NCBI GenBank assembly: GCA_963776345.1
Contig: CAVZMH010000019.1
Coordinates: 160,001 to 224,000, forward strand
From: an uncultured delta proteobacterium
GTDB taxonomy: Bacteria; Myxococcota; Myxococcia; Myxococcales; Myxococcaceae
Length of the DNA: 64,000 nt
Reading direction: 5' to 3'
Shown here: positions 29,738 through 39,400 of the stretch, one piece after another
Numbering within the stretch: position 1 is the stretch's first letter
Layout: each line of letters opens with the position of its first letter
Notes under the pieces: model-generated
What the model was told of the DNA's origin: nothing
Seen by the model: only the letters and a program-made list of their open reading frames with translations
The model's database searches: none
Made by a program: the position numbers and the translations under genes

Positions 29738-31363
29738 TCAGGGCACCACCCAGCCCGTGTCCGCCACGAGCGCCGGACCCTCCGCCTTGGCGAAGTGGAC
29801 GATGTGGCCACCCTTCGAGGCGAAGCGCTGGCCCGGAGCGAGCCCGAGCCGCGGGTAGTACCCGTTCACCAGGCGGTGGCTGAGCATCATCTCCACGCGT
29901 TCCACCAGGTAGTCGCGCACGAAGCTGTCCAGCATGTGTCCGAGCGTCTCGGAGAGGATGACGCAGGAGAGGTAGGTGTCCGTCTGCACGCGCTCGGCCA
30001 CCACCGGGAGGTGGCGCACCCGGAACCAGCCCAGTGGAAAGTCCATCCGCACCTTCCGGACGTCGGGCAGGTCGAACGGGTAGGTCAGGCGCGCCACGTC
30101 TCTCCACGCCCCCGGCAGCAGGGCGCGCTCCAGGCCGCCCATCAGCCCCGAGACGTAGACCGCGCCGGCCCGAGGTGGCGTGGCCGGCAGGAGCGCGAGG
30201 TCCGGAGCACGCAGCCACAGCACGACCGTGTCCTCCGGTCCGGTGTCCCGGAGCGCCTCCTCGAGCTGCTGCGCCCCCGCCTCCGGGGCGAGTGCCCGGG
30301 AGACCTGCGCGAGCCCGGCCGCGCGCCTCGTCGCGCCCAGGGCCCTCGCCGCGTCCTCGCCGATGTCGCCCGTTCGGTAGAGCTGGATCAGCCTGGGTCG
30401 AGCGGGGCGCGCGCCCGGGGCGGAGAGCCTCCCGGCGATCAGGTCCGCCTCCAGCAGGACGCCCCTGGAGAAGTAGACGGGGTAGAAGTCCCGCTCGGCG
30501 ACGACCGGAAGGTCGGTGTTGGGGAGGAGGCAGGGGAGCTCGGAGCTCTCGCAGAACCGGTGGACGGGGGCCCAGGTCCTCCCCCCGATGCCGGAGATGA
30601 CCGCGAAGACCGGCTCGGCCGCGAGCCGCTCGTCGAGCTGCCGCTCCCAGGTTTCCGGCGGCCCCTGGAGCTCCCAGACGTGCAGCTGCCACTTTCGGAG
30701 CACGCGGTACATCACCCCCCGGCTCGACTGCATCGGCCGGCTCTCGCCCCGGTAGCCGGCGTTCTTGTCGGCGAAGAACTGCTGCAGGACGTCCAGCATG
30801 CCCTTGCGCGCGGTGGGGTCGGCGTCCGGGGCGACGATGGTGGCGAAGTGGAGCGTGTCCCGGCTGACGCCCGGCTCCGGATCGGCGGTGAGCCGCCCGA
30901 GGTAGGCGACGAGCGAGGTCATGGTGGCGTCGTCCAGCCGGTAGCGGGGCATGAGGTACGCCAGCTTCTTGCCCCGCGGGTCCAGCCCCTCGCGGATGGC
31001 GCGGGCCAAGGTCGCCTCGGTGTACGCGTCGCGACGGGGCACGTAGCCCTGCACGTGCGGCATGGCCTCGTCCTCGACGATGCGCGCCCCGGGCCGGAAG
31101 AGGTACCGCCCGATGATGGGTGGGATGACGCTCTGCCCCTCCCAGCTCCCGAGCCCGCTCCGGCGGTGGCAGGTGGCGCAGGCGGCCGCCTGGCCCTTCA
31201 CCCCCACCCCGCCCTCGCGCTCGCCCCGGAGCGGCTGGCCCGAGGGGAGCACCCCCTCGCGGTACAGGCGCTCGCCCGCGGACGGACCGGCGGCGCGCGC
31301 CGGCGCCGGAGCCGAGGCGAGCGACAGCGCCACAAGGGACAGGGCCCGGACGGCCAGGGACAT
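29738..31363 (-). CDS. Monoheme cytochrome c fused to a periplasmic-binding-protein-like domain
   Basis: Signal peptide; GERLYREG...ACATCH; LARAIREGLDP...MPRY (distal Met); C-terminal alpha/beta region; start overlaps the SCO stop. Confidence 0.75.
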   Translation of the reverse strand: MSLAVRALSLVALSLASAPAPARAAGPSAGERLYREGVLPSGQPLRGEREGGVGVKGQAAACATCHRRSGLGSWEGQSVIPPIIGRYLFRPGARIVEDEAMPHVQGYVPRRDAYTEATLARAIREGLDPRGKKLAYLMPRYRLDDATMTSLVAYLGRLTADPEPGVSRDTLHFATIVAPDADPTARKGMLDVLQQFFADKNAGYRGESRPMQSSRGVMYRVLRKWQLHVWELQGPPETWERQLDERLAAEPVFAVISGIGGRTWAPVHRFCESSELPCLLPNTDLPVVAERDFYPVYFSRGVLLEADLIAGRLSAPGARPARPRLIQLYRTGDIGEDAARALGATRRAAGLAQVSRALAPEAGAQQLEEALRDTGPEDTVVLWLRAPDLALLPATPPRAGAVYVSGLMGGLERALLPGAWRDVARLTYPFDLPDVRKVRMDFPLGWFRVRHLPVVAERVQTDTYLSCVILSETLGHMLDSFVRDYLVERVEMMLSHRLVNGYYPRLGLAPGQRFASKGGHIVHFAKAEGPALVADTGWVVP

Positions 31364-31968
31364 CAGCGGGTGGCGACCAGCTCGCGGAACTCCCTGATCA
31401 GGTCCTCGGACGAGGCGAACCCGTCGATCCGCACCCACGGCTGACCGGGCGCGGCGCGCAGGAAGGTGACCGGCGTGTGGTCCATCTTGTCGCCGCGGTA
31501 CGCCTTGAACGCCCGCTGCGTGGCCACGCTCGCCTCCACCGTGCCGGTGTAGAAGCGCCACTGGGGTCCGGCGTGGAACTGCCTGGCGTAGGCGGCGAGC
31601 CGGGGCGGGGTGTCCTGCTCGGGGTCGATGGAGATGGACACCATGTGCACCTTGCCCCGCTCGTTCCCCAGCTTCGCCTGGAGCTGGGCGAAGGTCTGGC
31701 TCATCACCGGGCAGATGCTGGCGCAGGTGGTGAAGATGAAGTTCAGGACCACCGGCCGCCCGTCGTCGAGCTCCCGGGCGAGCGAGACCGACTTCCCGTC
31801 CTCACGCACCAGCTCCACCTGGGGCAGGGCGACCTCGGTCGTGGACCGGGTCGCGCGCTTCATGGCCACGTGGTGACCGCCGTGGCAGTCCTCGTCCGCC
31901 GCCCGCGCCCCGCGAACCGGCAGGAGGGCGAGGACGACCGCCAGCGTGCCCGGGACCACAGCTCTCAT
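31363..31968 (-). CDS. SCO1/SenC family copper chaperone
   Basis: LNFIFTTCASICP (CxxxC), SISIDPEQDTP, conserved His in MDHT; His-rich N-terminus (CHGGHH). Confidence 0.92.
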   Translation of the reverse strand: MRAVVPGTLAVVLALLPVRGARAADEDCHGGHHVAMKRATRSTTEVALPQVELVREDGKSVSLARELDDGRPVVLNFIFTTCASICPVMSQTFAQLQAKLGNERGKVHMVSISIDPEQDTPPRLAAYARQFHAGPQWRFYTGTVEASVATQRAFKAYRGDKMDHTPVTFLRAAPGQPWVRIDGFASSEDLIREFRELVATR

Positions 31969-32001
31969 GACCACCTCTCGAGGGAACGCCACGACCCCGG
32001 C

Positions 32002-32856
32002 TCAGATCGGCTTCTTGAACCGATCATCGTCCAGGTCCGGGTTCACCACAACGCGGTCGATGACGATCTTCTCCGAGCCGGGCACGCCCTCGATCGTGGT
32101 CTCCATCGAGTGCGGCACCATCAGCCCGTTCACCGGCTTGTAGTCGCGGAGGTAAGTCCACACCTGGCGCCGCTTGCCGTCGAAGCGTCGCGCACCGTCC
32201 ACCTTGACGTCGAGGAAGGTCTCCTTGTCCACCCAGACCCGGCGGACGTCCTTGCCGGTGGTGAGCTTCAGCTTGTAGGCGTCGCGGCCGTCGACCTGCT
32301 CGGTGCCCTCCAGCTCCACCCGGGTCCCCGCCGAGGAGGCCTCGATCAGCGGGCCGTCCAGCTCCGACTGCTGCGAGGCGATCCGCAGCTCCTCGGCGGT
32401 GAACGGCTCGACCTCGTGCCGCCCGAGGAAGGGCCGCAGCTTCCAGCCCTTCTTTCCATCGTAGACCTGGACCGCCGTCTCGCCCTGGAACTGGACCTCC
32501 ACCCGCATCTTCCCCGGGCGGGCCAGCTCCATCAGGAAGGGCAGCTGGATCTGCTTCTCGGGCTCGGAGCTGGCGCTCAGCGCGGCCTTTCGCATCTCGC
32601 CCCGGGTCTGGGTCCGCTGCTTGAGGTAGTTCATCGCCAGCTTCACCGGGTCGCGGCGCTTGCCGGCGTCGAGGTTCCCGGAGAAGGACATGGCCTTCAC
32701 TGCCTTCCAGGCCTTCAGCCCGCCGCGCGCAGCGACGTTCTTCTCCACGATGGGCGCGGCGGCCTTCTCCGCGGGGCTGTGGCAGCCCGCGGCGGCCAGG
32801 GCCAGGAGCAGGGCCGCTCCCGGGAGGAGCGAGGGGGGGGACGACGCTCTCTTCAT
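32002..32856 (-). CDS. Lipoprotein with a LolA-like (lipoprotein-sorting) fold
   Basis: LAAAGC lipobox; KNVAARGGLKAW, RPGKMRVEV, YDGKKGW, VWVDKETFL, DYKPVNGLMVPH, NPDLDDDRF. Confidence 0.7.
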   Translation of the reverse strand: MKRASSPPSLLPGAALLLALAAAGCHSPAEKAAAPIVEKNVAARGGLKAWKAVKAMSFSGNLDAGKRRDPVKLAMNYLKQRTQTRGEMRKAALSASSEPEKQIQLPFLMELARPGKMRVEVQFQGETAVQVYDGKKGWKLRPFLGRHEVEPFTAEELRIASQQSELDGPLIEASSAGTRVELEGTEQVDGRDAYKLKLTTGKDVRRVWVDKETFLDVKVDGARRFDGKRRQVWTYLRDYKPVNGLMVPHSMETTIEGVPGSEKIVIDRVVVNPDLDDDRFKKPI

Positions 32857-32893
32857 CGGATGGTTCCTCACGGGACAGCGCTCGGGCGGGGCC

Positions 32894-33433
32894 CTAGTTC
32901 ACCACCAGGCCCTCGACCCTCAGGTTGCCGGCGACCAGCGTCACCCGGCTGCCGCGCTTCACTAGCCGGCCGGGGTTGCCGAAGATCATGAAGTAGGTGC
33001 GGTTCTCCTCGAGCTGGGCGATCTGCCGGAGCTCGCCCACCTTCTCCATCGCCGGGATGGCCAGCGCGGTGCGGGTGGCCTCGTCGATCAGGTAGGGCCG
33101 GGTCCGCCGGTCGGTGAGGACCGCCGCCTTCTGCGGATCCACCACCCGGTAGTCGAAGCGGAGCATCAGGCCCGAGGACACCGGGTGGATGGCCACGATG
33201 TCGATGCCCCAGTTGCGCTTGATGGTCAGCCCGCGGCGGGCGTGGAAGTCCGCGCCCGACTCGTGCTCGGACGCGGTCGTCCGGGCGAGTCGCTTCCTCG
33301 CCGGCTTCGGGGCGGCGTGCGCCGGCGCCGCAGACGGGGCGTCCTCCGCGTGCGCCGGCAGCGCGAGGACGCCGCCCGCCAGGACCACGGCGAGCAGCGT
33401 CCCCGAGCGGCGCGGTGAGGTCGTGCCGCGCAT
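32894..33433 (-). CDS. Secreted hypothetical protein of the multicopper-oxidase cluster
   Basis: Signal peptide ending AHA; WGID...GLMLRFDYRVVDP, PYLIDE, KVGELRQ, YFMIFGNPG; translationally coupled to the giant gene. Confidence 0.75.
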   Translation of the reverse strand: MRGTTSPRRSGTLLAVVLAGGVLALPAHAEDAPSAAPAHAAPKPARKRLARTTASEHESGADFHARRGLTIKRNWGIDIVAIHPVSSGLMLRFDYRVVDPQKAAVLTDRRTRPYLIDEATRTALAIPAMEKVGELRQIAQLEENRTYFMIFGNPGRLVKRGSRVTLVAGNLRVEGLVVN

Positions 33434-36400
33434 CACTGAGTGGTCGCCGCCAGGAACGGCTGCACCGGTCCGCTGATCCACTCGTCCGCGCCGATGTCGT
33501 ACCCGCCCCCGGACGGCCGCGTTTGGTTGTCGAAGTCGTGGTTCGGTGCGCCGGAGGCGGTCCCGGTGTTGATCGCCGAGGCGCCCGCGCCGAGGTGGTA
33601 GTTGCCGACCAGCGCTTTGGACGTGGGGTGCTCCACGAACAGCGGTCCGAACCGCATGTTCACGTAGTTGTTCCCCTCGTCCACGGTCGCGGCCACCTGC
33701 AGGTTGAGGACCGCGGGCGGGTTGACGACAGTTCCGAGCTCCACCACCGCCCGCGACCCGTTGCAGTACTGGGCCACCAGGCCGGGGCTGGTGGTCCGGA
33801 GTCCCGCGCCCGGGTAGCCGGTGCTGCTGGTGATGACCGAGAAGGTCGGGTTCAACCGACGCGCGCCGGGGTTGACGCTCGCGTCCGCGAGCACCCCGAG
33901 GTCCCAGTAGCGAGCGCCGCTGGGGCACTGGCCGGTCGCCGTCTGGTCCGGGAGCACGGTGCAGCCGGCGCCCGGGGCGGCCGCCGCCCGGCTGTTGCCG
34001 ACGCAGAGCTGCCCGTTGCCGGAGTAGAAGAACGACCGGTTCTGCCAGAGGATGTTGTTGCTCAGCGCCGTGGGCTGCGAGATGGCGTTGGCGTTCCGCT
34101 GGGCGTTGGTGGCGAGCTGGGCGAGGAGGGCAGCACTGGTGGGCTCGGAGACGATCCCCGCCGGGCTCGGGTAACCCCTCCCGGCCTGCCCCGGCGTGGT
34201 CCCGGGCAAGGTGACGCCACCGGCCACCACCACCCCGGCGATGCCGGCGCTGTCGTTGGAGGCGATGGTGTTGTTGATGATCGACGCGCGGAGCGTGTCG
34301 GCCATGGAGATGCCGCCGCCGGCCCATCCGGCCACGTTGTTGTCGATGATGTTGTTAGTCAGGGCGATGACGTGCCACCGGGCAGCGTTGTTCGGGAAGC
34401 CGGTCACGTCCTGCCCGTTCACCTGGCTGAGCCGGATGCCGCCGCCCTGGCCGCCCTCGGCGAAGTTGCCGCGGATGACGTTGGCGTCGACCGTCACGTC
34501 GCCGGTGCCCATGCTCACTGCGCCGGCGATGGGAGGCTCGCCCTCGATGGCGATGCCGCCGCCGTGGGTGGAGCTGGTCTGCTGGAAGCTCTGGTTGAAG
34601 AGGATCTGGTTGAAGGCGATCACCCCGCCCTGGCTGAAGCCGACGTGGCCGATGCCGCCGCCATCCGAGGAGCTGTAGTTCCCGCAGATGAAGTTGTGGT
34701 CGATGCTGTAGTGGTCGGTGCCGGCGCAGATCGAGAGGCCGCCACCGGCGCCGCCCGAGCCGGCGGGGGCCTCCACCGTGCCGTTCTTGGTGATGGAGTT
34801 GTGGTGGACGCGGACGTTCTCGTCGTAGGCGAGGCCGTTGATCCGCCCGCCGGTGAGCCCGCCGGGGAGGCCGTCGAGCTCGAGGAAGGGGACGCCCACC
34901 CGGATGCCGCCGTGGTACGCGCCGGCGTTGCCGTAGACGCGGTTGTTGGAGATCTCCAGCCCGTGGGCCCAGCCGTTGACGTAGATGCCACCGCCGGCGT
35001 CGCCGCCGGTGACGCTGATCCCGTCGATCCGTGACGAGGCGCAGCGGAAGTTGCTGGCTCTGATCCGGCTGCCGTAGGTGCTGTTGGGGCCGCCGTTGCC
35101 GTTGGCGTTGAGGCACTGGTTGGCCGGCAGGTCCTTGGCCAGCACCGCGATGCCCGGGCCCTCCTCGGTGCCGAGCACGCTCGGCTCGAGCAGCACCACG
35201 CCGCCGGTGATCTCCTGCGTGGGCAGCGGGTCGACCTGCGCCGTGCCGATCTGGTTCCCGGTGGTGGCGTCGATGCTGAACAGCGCGTTGATCTTTTGAC
35301 GCCAGCCAGCCAGCTTGCTGTTCGGGTACTTGGCCGCGTTGATGATGACCGACGAGGCCCCCACGCCTTGGAGCCGCACCGGCTTCCACATCACCACCAG
35401 CTCGTTGTAGGTGCCGGCGTCGATCAGGATGAGGTCACCCGGGCTGGCGGCCTCGATCGCCGCCTGGATGCTCTGTCCACTCGCCACGCGGGTCGGAGAG
35501 GTCAGGGTCGCGCGCTCGAGGGTCATCGTGACCGCGTCCACCGTGGAGCGTCCGGCCGCGGTGGTGACCACCAGCTCTCCGCTCGGCGTGCGAGGGGGCA
35601 CGGTCACGGTGATCGACTGATCGCTCCAGCTGGTGATGCCGCCGCTGATGTCGACGTCGCCGATCTTCACGGTGCCCTGGCCGCCGCCGAAGCCGTAGTG
35701 CCGGGTCAGTGTGCGCTGGCTGGCTGCGCCGGCCAGGGCGAACGGGCCGGAGTAGGCCGGGTTGATGACCTGCTGGTCTCCCTCGGCGGTGATGGTGAGC
35801 GTTCCGCCGGCCACCGGCAGGTAAGGGCCGAAGCCCGCGCTCGAGTCCACCCGCTTGATGACCGGGGCGTTGTCCGGCTGCGCGCAGTCCGGCGGGTTGT
35901 AGCCCGCGGCGAAGGCGGCGATGGGGAGCACCGGGGTGTCCAGGTACGTCGTCTGCCCCGGCATGAACGGGTTCGTGTAACAGAAGTTGCTGTACGAGGG
36001 GTTGTAGGCCGGGTCGGTGATCATCTTGACCTTCCCCGTCGCCGGGTCGATCGCTCCGGAAGGATCCGGGATCGGTCCCGGGTCGTTCATGCAGGTGATG
36101 AGCATGTTCGGCCCGTAGCCCGAGGGCGTCGGCGGGTTCACCAGCCAGCTCGAGGCCGTCAACATGTTGTACGCGCCCCACTGGTCGCTGTAGGTCCGAC
36201 TGATCTCCATCCCGCTGAAGTCCTTCACCGAGACCGGCACGAAGGGCACCGAGGCCTTCTCGCCGAAGTCCGGAGCGATGGCGTTGAACTCGCTCGAGGC
36301 GTCGTCGAGGATGATGCCGGTGTTGTTGGAGGCCACGGGCACCGGGGTGAAGACGAAGAAGTTGGCCGCGGTCTGCATCTGATCGTTCAGCACCACCCGC

Positions 36401-39400
36401 TTGCGGTCGCAGAGCGGCCGGTCCATCCCGGCGAACGGCGCGACTTGCTGCGCCTGCGGGAACACCGTCAGGAAGTCGGGCACCCGGTGCAGGTTGCCTG
36501 CACACTCCGGGAACTGGGTCGCCGTGGAGTTGGTGTAGATGCCGAGGTTGGTGGTCGGGTCGCTCTGGAACCCTTGATCACCCGTGTTCGGGTTGTAGGG
36601 GTTGGCGTTGTTGAGCGTGGCCTGGTCCGGGAGGATGAAGATGCTCCCCAGGGGGCCGAACTGCTGGGTGGCCGGGGCGTTGAACGCGTCGCCGATGAGG
36701 ATGTTCTTGTCCTCCTCCTTGACGATCTCGTAGCCCGGCGGCGTGACCGCCTCGACCACGTACGTCCCCGGAGGCAGACTCACCAGCGTCTTTCCGGCGG
36801 CCCTGTCCGTGGCGCTCAGCGGGTGGGCGTTGACGTACGCGGCGCTGGGGAAGGTGTAGCGGCCGTCGTAGGGGGCGGCCTGCACCTGGTTCCAGTTGTG
36901 GAAGCCGTCGTAGCAGCGCTGGCGGTCGTTCGGGCCCAGGGTGAAGTTGGTGAACGGATCGGTGGCCAGCTGTCCCGGGCACTGCATGTTGACCTGCCGG
37001 CCCGGCGGATAGGCGCCAGGGGACGCAAGCGCTCCGGTGGTCGGATTGCGCAGTTTGTTGTCCGGTCCGAGCAGGTACTGGTTGTTGTCCGCGCCGTAGA
37101 CCAGGTTGACCCAGTCGTCCCAGCTCGAGGTCTGGGTGCTGTCGACGAGGTGGAGGGTCTCGCTGCCGTCGGGGAGCGTCTTCTGCTCGTAGAGGTTCAC
37201 CGTGACCCGCGGAACGAGCGGCTCCCAGATGGTCTGCACGTTGAGCCGCTGGTCGTCGAAGGGGCGGGTGGACGAGTAGACCACCGTGCCGATGATGCCG
37301 CCGTTCTCGGTCGGCACGTACGGGGTGCGGCCCCAGTCCACCCGGTTCCGCTGGCTGATGAAGCTCTGCACGCCGTAGGAGAGCGCGCCCGGCGTCTCCA
37401 CCCGGACGCTCGACTCGCCGGTGGGGTAGGTCGATGTCCAGAGGAACTGCCCGATGCCGGAGGTGTCCGGCTTGCCGCCGCCGTCCACCCAGATGTGCAC
37501 GCCGGTCTGCTTGAACCGCGAGGTGTCGGCCTCGGCGACGTACCAGTTGAAGAGCGGGAAGAGCTCCACCAGGATGCCGTTTCCGGCGCTGTCGCTCAGC
37601 GTGGCGTTGGACGGCGCGCCGTTCCGGTAGCGCACGGTGAGCACCTCGTTGCTGATGCCCGGCTCGTCGGCGTCGTAGATGCCGTTCTTGTTCAGGTCCT
37701 GGTAGATGTTCTGGTCGTACTGGGTGAACCAGCTCAGGACCGGGATGTTCCCCATGTCCACTCTGTTCACCCCGGGGGGAACGGTGACCGCGACGTTCTG
37801 GATGATCTGGTCCAGCCACTGGTCGAACACCGCCAGGTCGTAGGTCCCCGCGGGGATGCCGGCGAGGGTGTAGTTGCCGTCCGGATCACACTGCGCGGCG
37901 GCGATCGCCGGCCCGGTCCCGCTCTGCGAGTTCAGGACCACCTGGCAGGTGGTGGAGAACAGGAGATCGTAGGAGCTGGAATCCCACAGCGTCACGTCCG
38001 AGGGATGGGACATGTGCTGGTTGGTGACCTTCCCCACGATGGTGGCGGGGCCGGTCAGCCGGTTGGCCGTGGCGTACGCCGCGACATGTCCGGGGTTCAC
38101 GAAGCCGATGGTGGTGTGGAAGCCCGGCGGGCCGAACTCCTGGAAGTACACCGGCTCGTTGATGCCCACGAAGGCGTCCTGGGCCGGGGTGCCCTCCAGC
38201 GTCTCGGTCTGCCACCAGACCTCCCCCGCCTCCTCGCGCGCCGCGGCCGGGTGGGCGATGACGTCGTAGCGGGCCGGGGTCAGGTTCTTGATCAGAGCGT
38301 GGCCGGCGAGCGCATACCGCGCGGGGTCGCCGTTGTAGCCCGGAGGGGCGTTGGGGCAGGTGTAGACCGCGCCGACCAGGTTCCCGTCCGCCGTGGTCTG
38401 GTTGCCGTTGGTCCTCCGGTTCAGCTCGTCCGGGCACCCCGGCGTCCCGAGCAGGGCGTTGGACAGCGGCATGTTGAACGCGTCGTAGGTCTGCTGGCCC
38501 GCCACGTCGCCGGTGCGGCCCGCCGGGTCCATGAGGATGATGTTGAAGCCCCCGAGGCCGTTCTCGTTGAGGTCGTTCTGGCCGTTGGTGGGGGCGTTGT
38601 CCTCGTAGATGTAGATGCTCAGCTGGGCGGGCTGGATGGGCGTCTTCTGGAGCTTGATGCTGACCGGGGCCCAGGTGCCGTTGGCCAGCGGTCTGATCTC
38701 CGCGCCGCCCATGATGTGGCCCGAGCCGTCGGCCGCGCAGACGGTCGAGGTGGTCGGATCGCAGCCGCCGGCCGGGTTGCCGGCGTCACCGGGCAGGATG
38801 GAGATGTAGTACCGCTTGCTCGCGTCCAGCGCGACGCGGTCCGGGCGGGTCTCGACGCTGGCAAGGTTGATGGTCACGGGCTGGCCGCGGACGGACTGAC
38901 CCGCGCCGCAGCTCACCGCGCCCACGCAGCCCGTGGCCACCACCGTCATGTGGCTCCGGTGGAAGCTGGTGCCGATGGTGCGGGTGCTGACGCTCGGGGT
39001 GACCGACTGCTCGCTCTTGAAGGTGAGGTCCTCCTGCAGCGTCCACCGGTAGTCGCCGATGGCCGTCCCGTCCGTGGCGTCGACCACCGAGACCGCGAGG
39101 TTGGAGGCCGCCGCGAAGTTGATGGTCACCAGGGCCGTGGAGGTGCTCTGCGTCCCCTGCGAGTTCACCGCGCGGTATCGGAAGTGGCACGAGGCGCCGC
39201 TCGCCGTCGCGCTGAACGAGCCATCCGGGTTGAGGGTGACTGCTGAACAGGTGCTCGCGCTGACCGCGCTCGCCGGGCAGGCGCCGGTGGAGTCCGCGAC
39301 GCAGGCGGTGAGCGTGTAGTTGCTGGGGTCGGTGTCGTTCGCCAGCACCCCCGGCCGCGCGGCGCTGAACTTTCCGGCGACGTTGCTGCTGAAGGTATCG

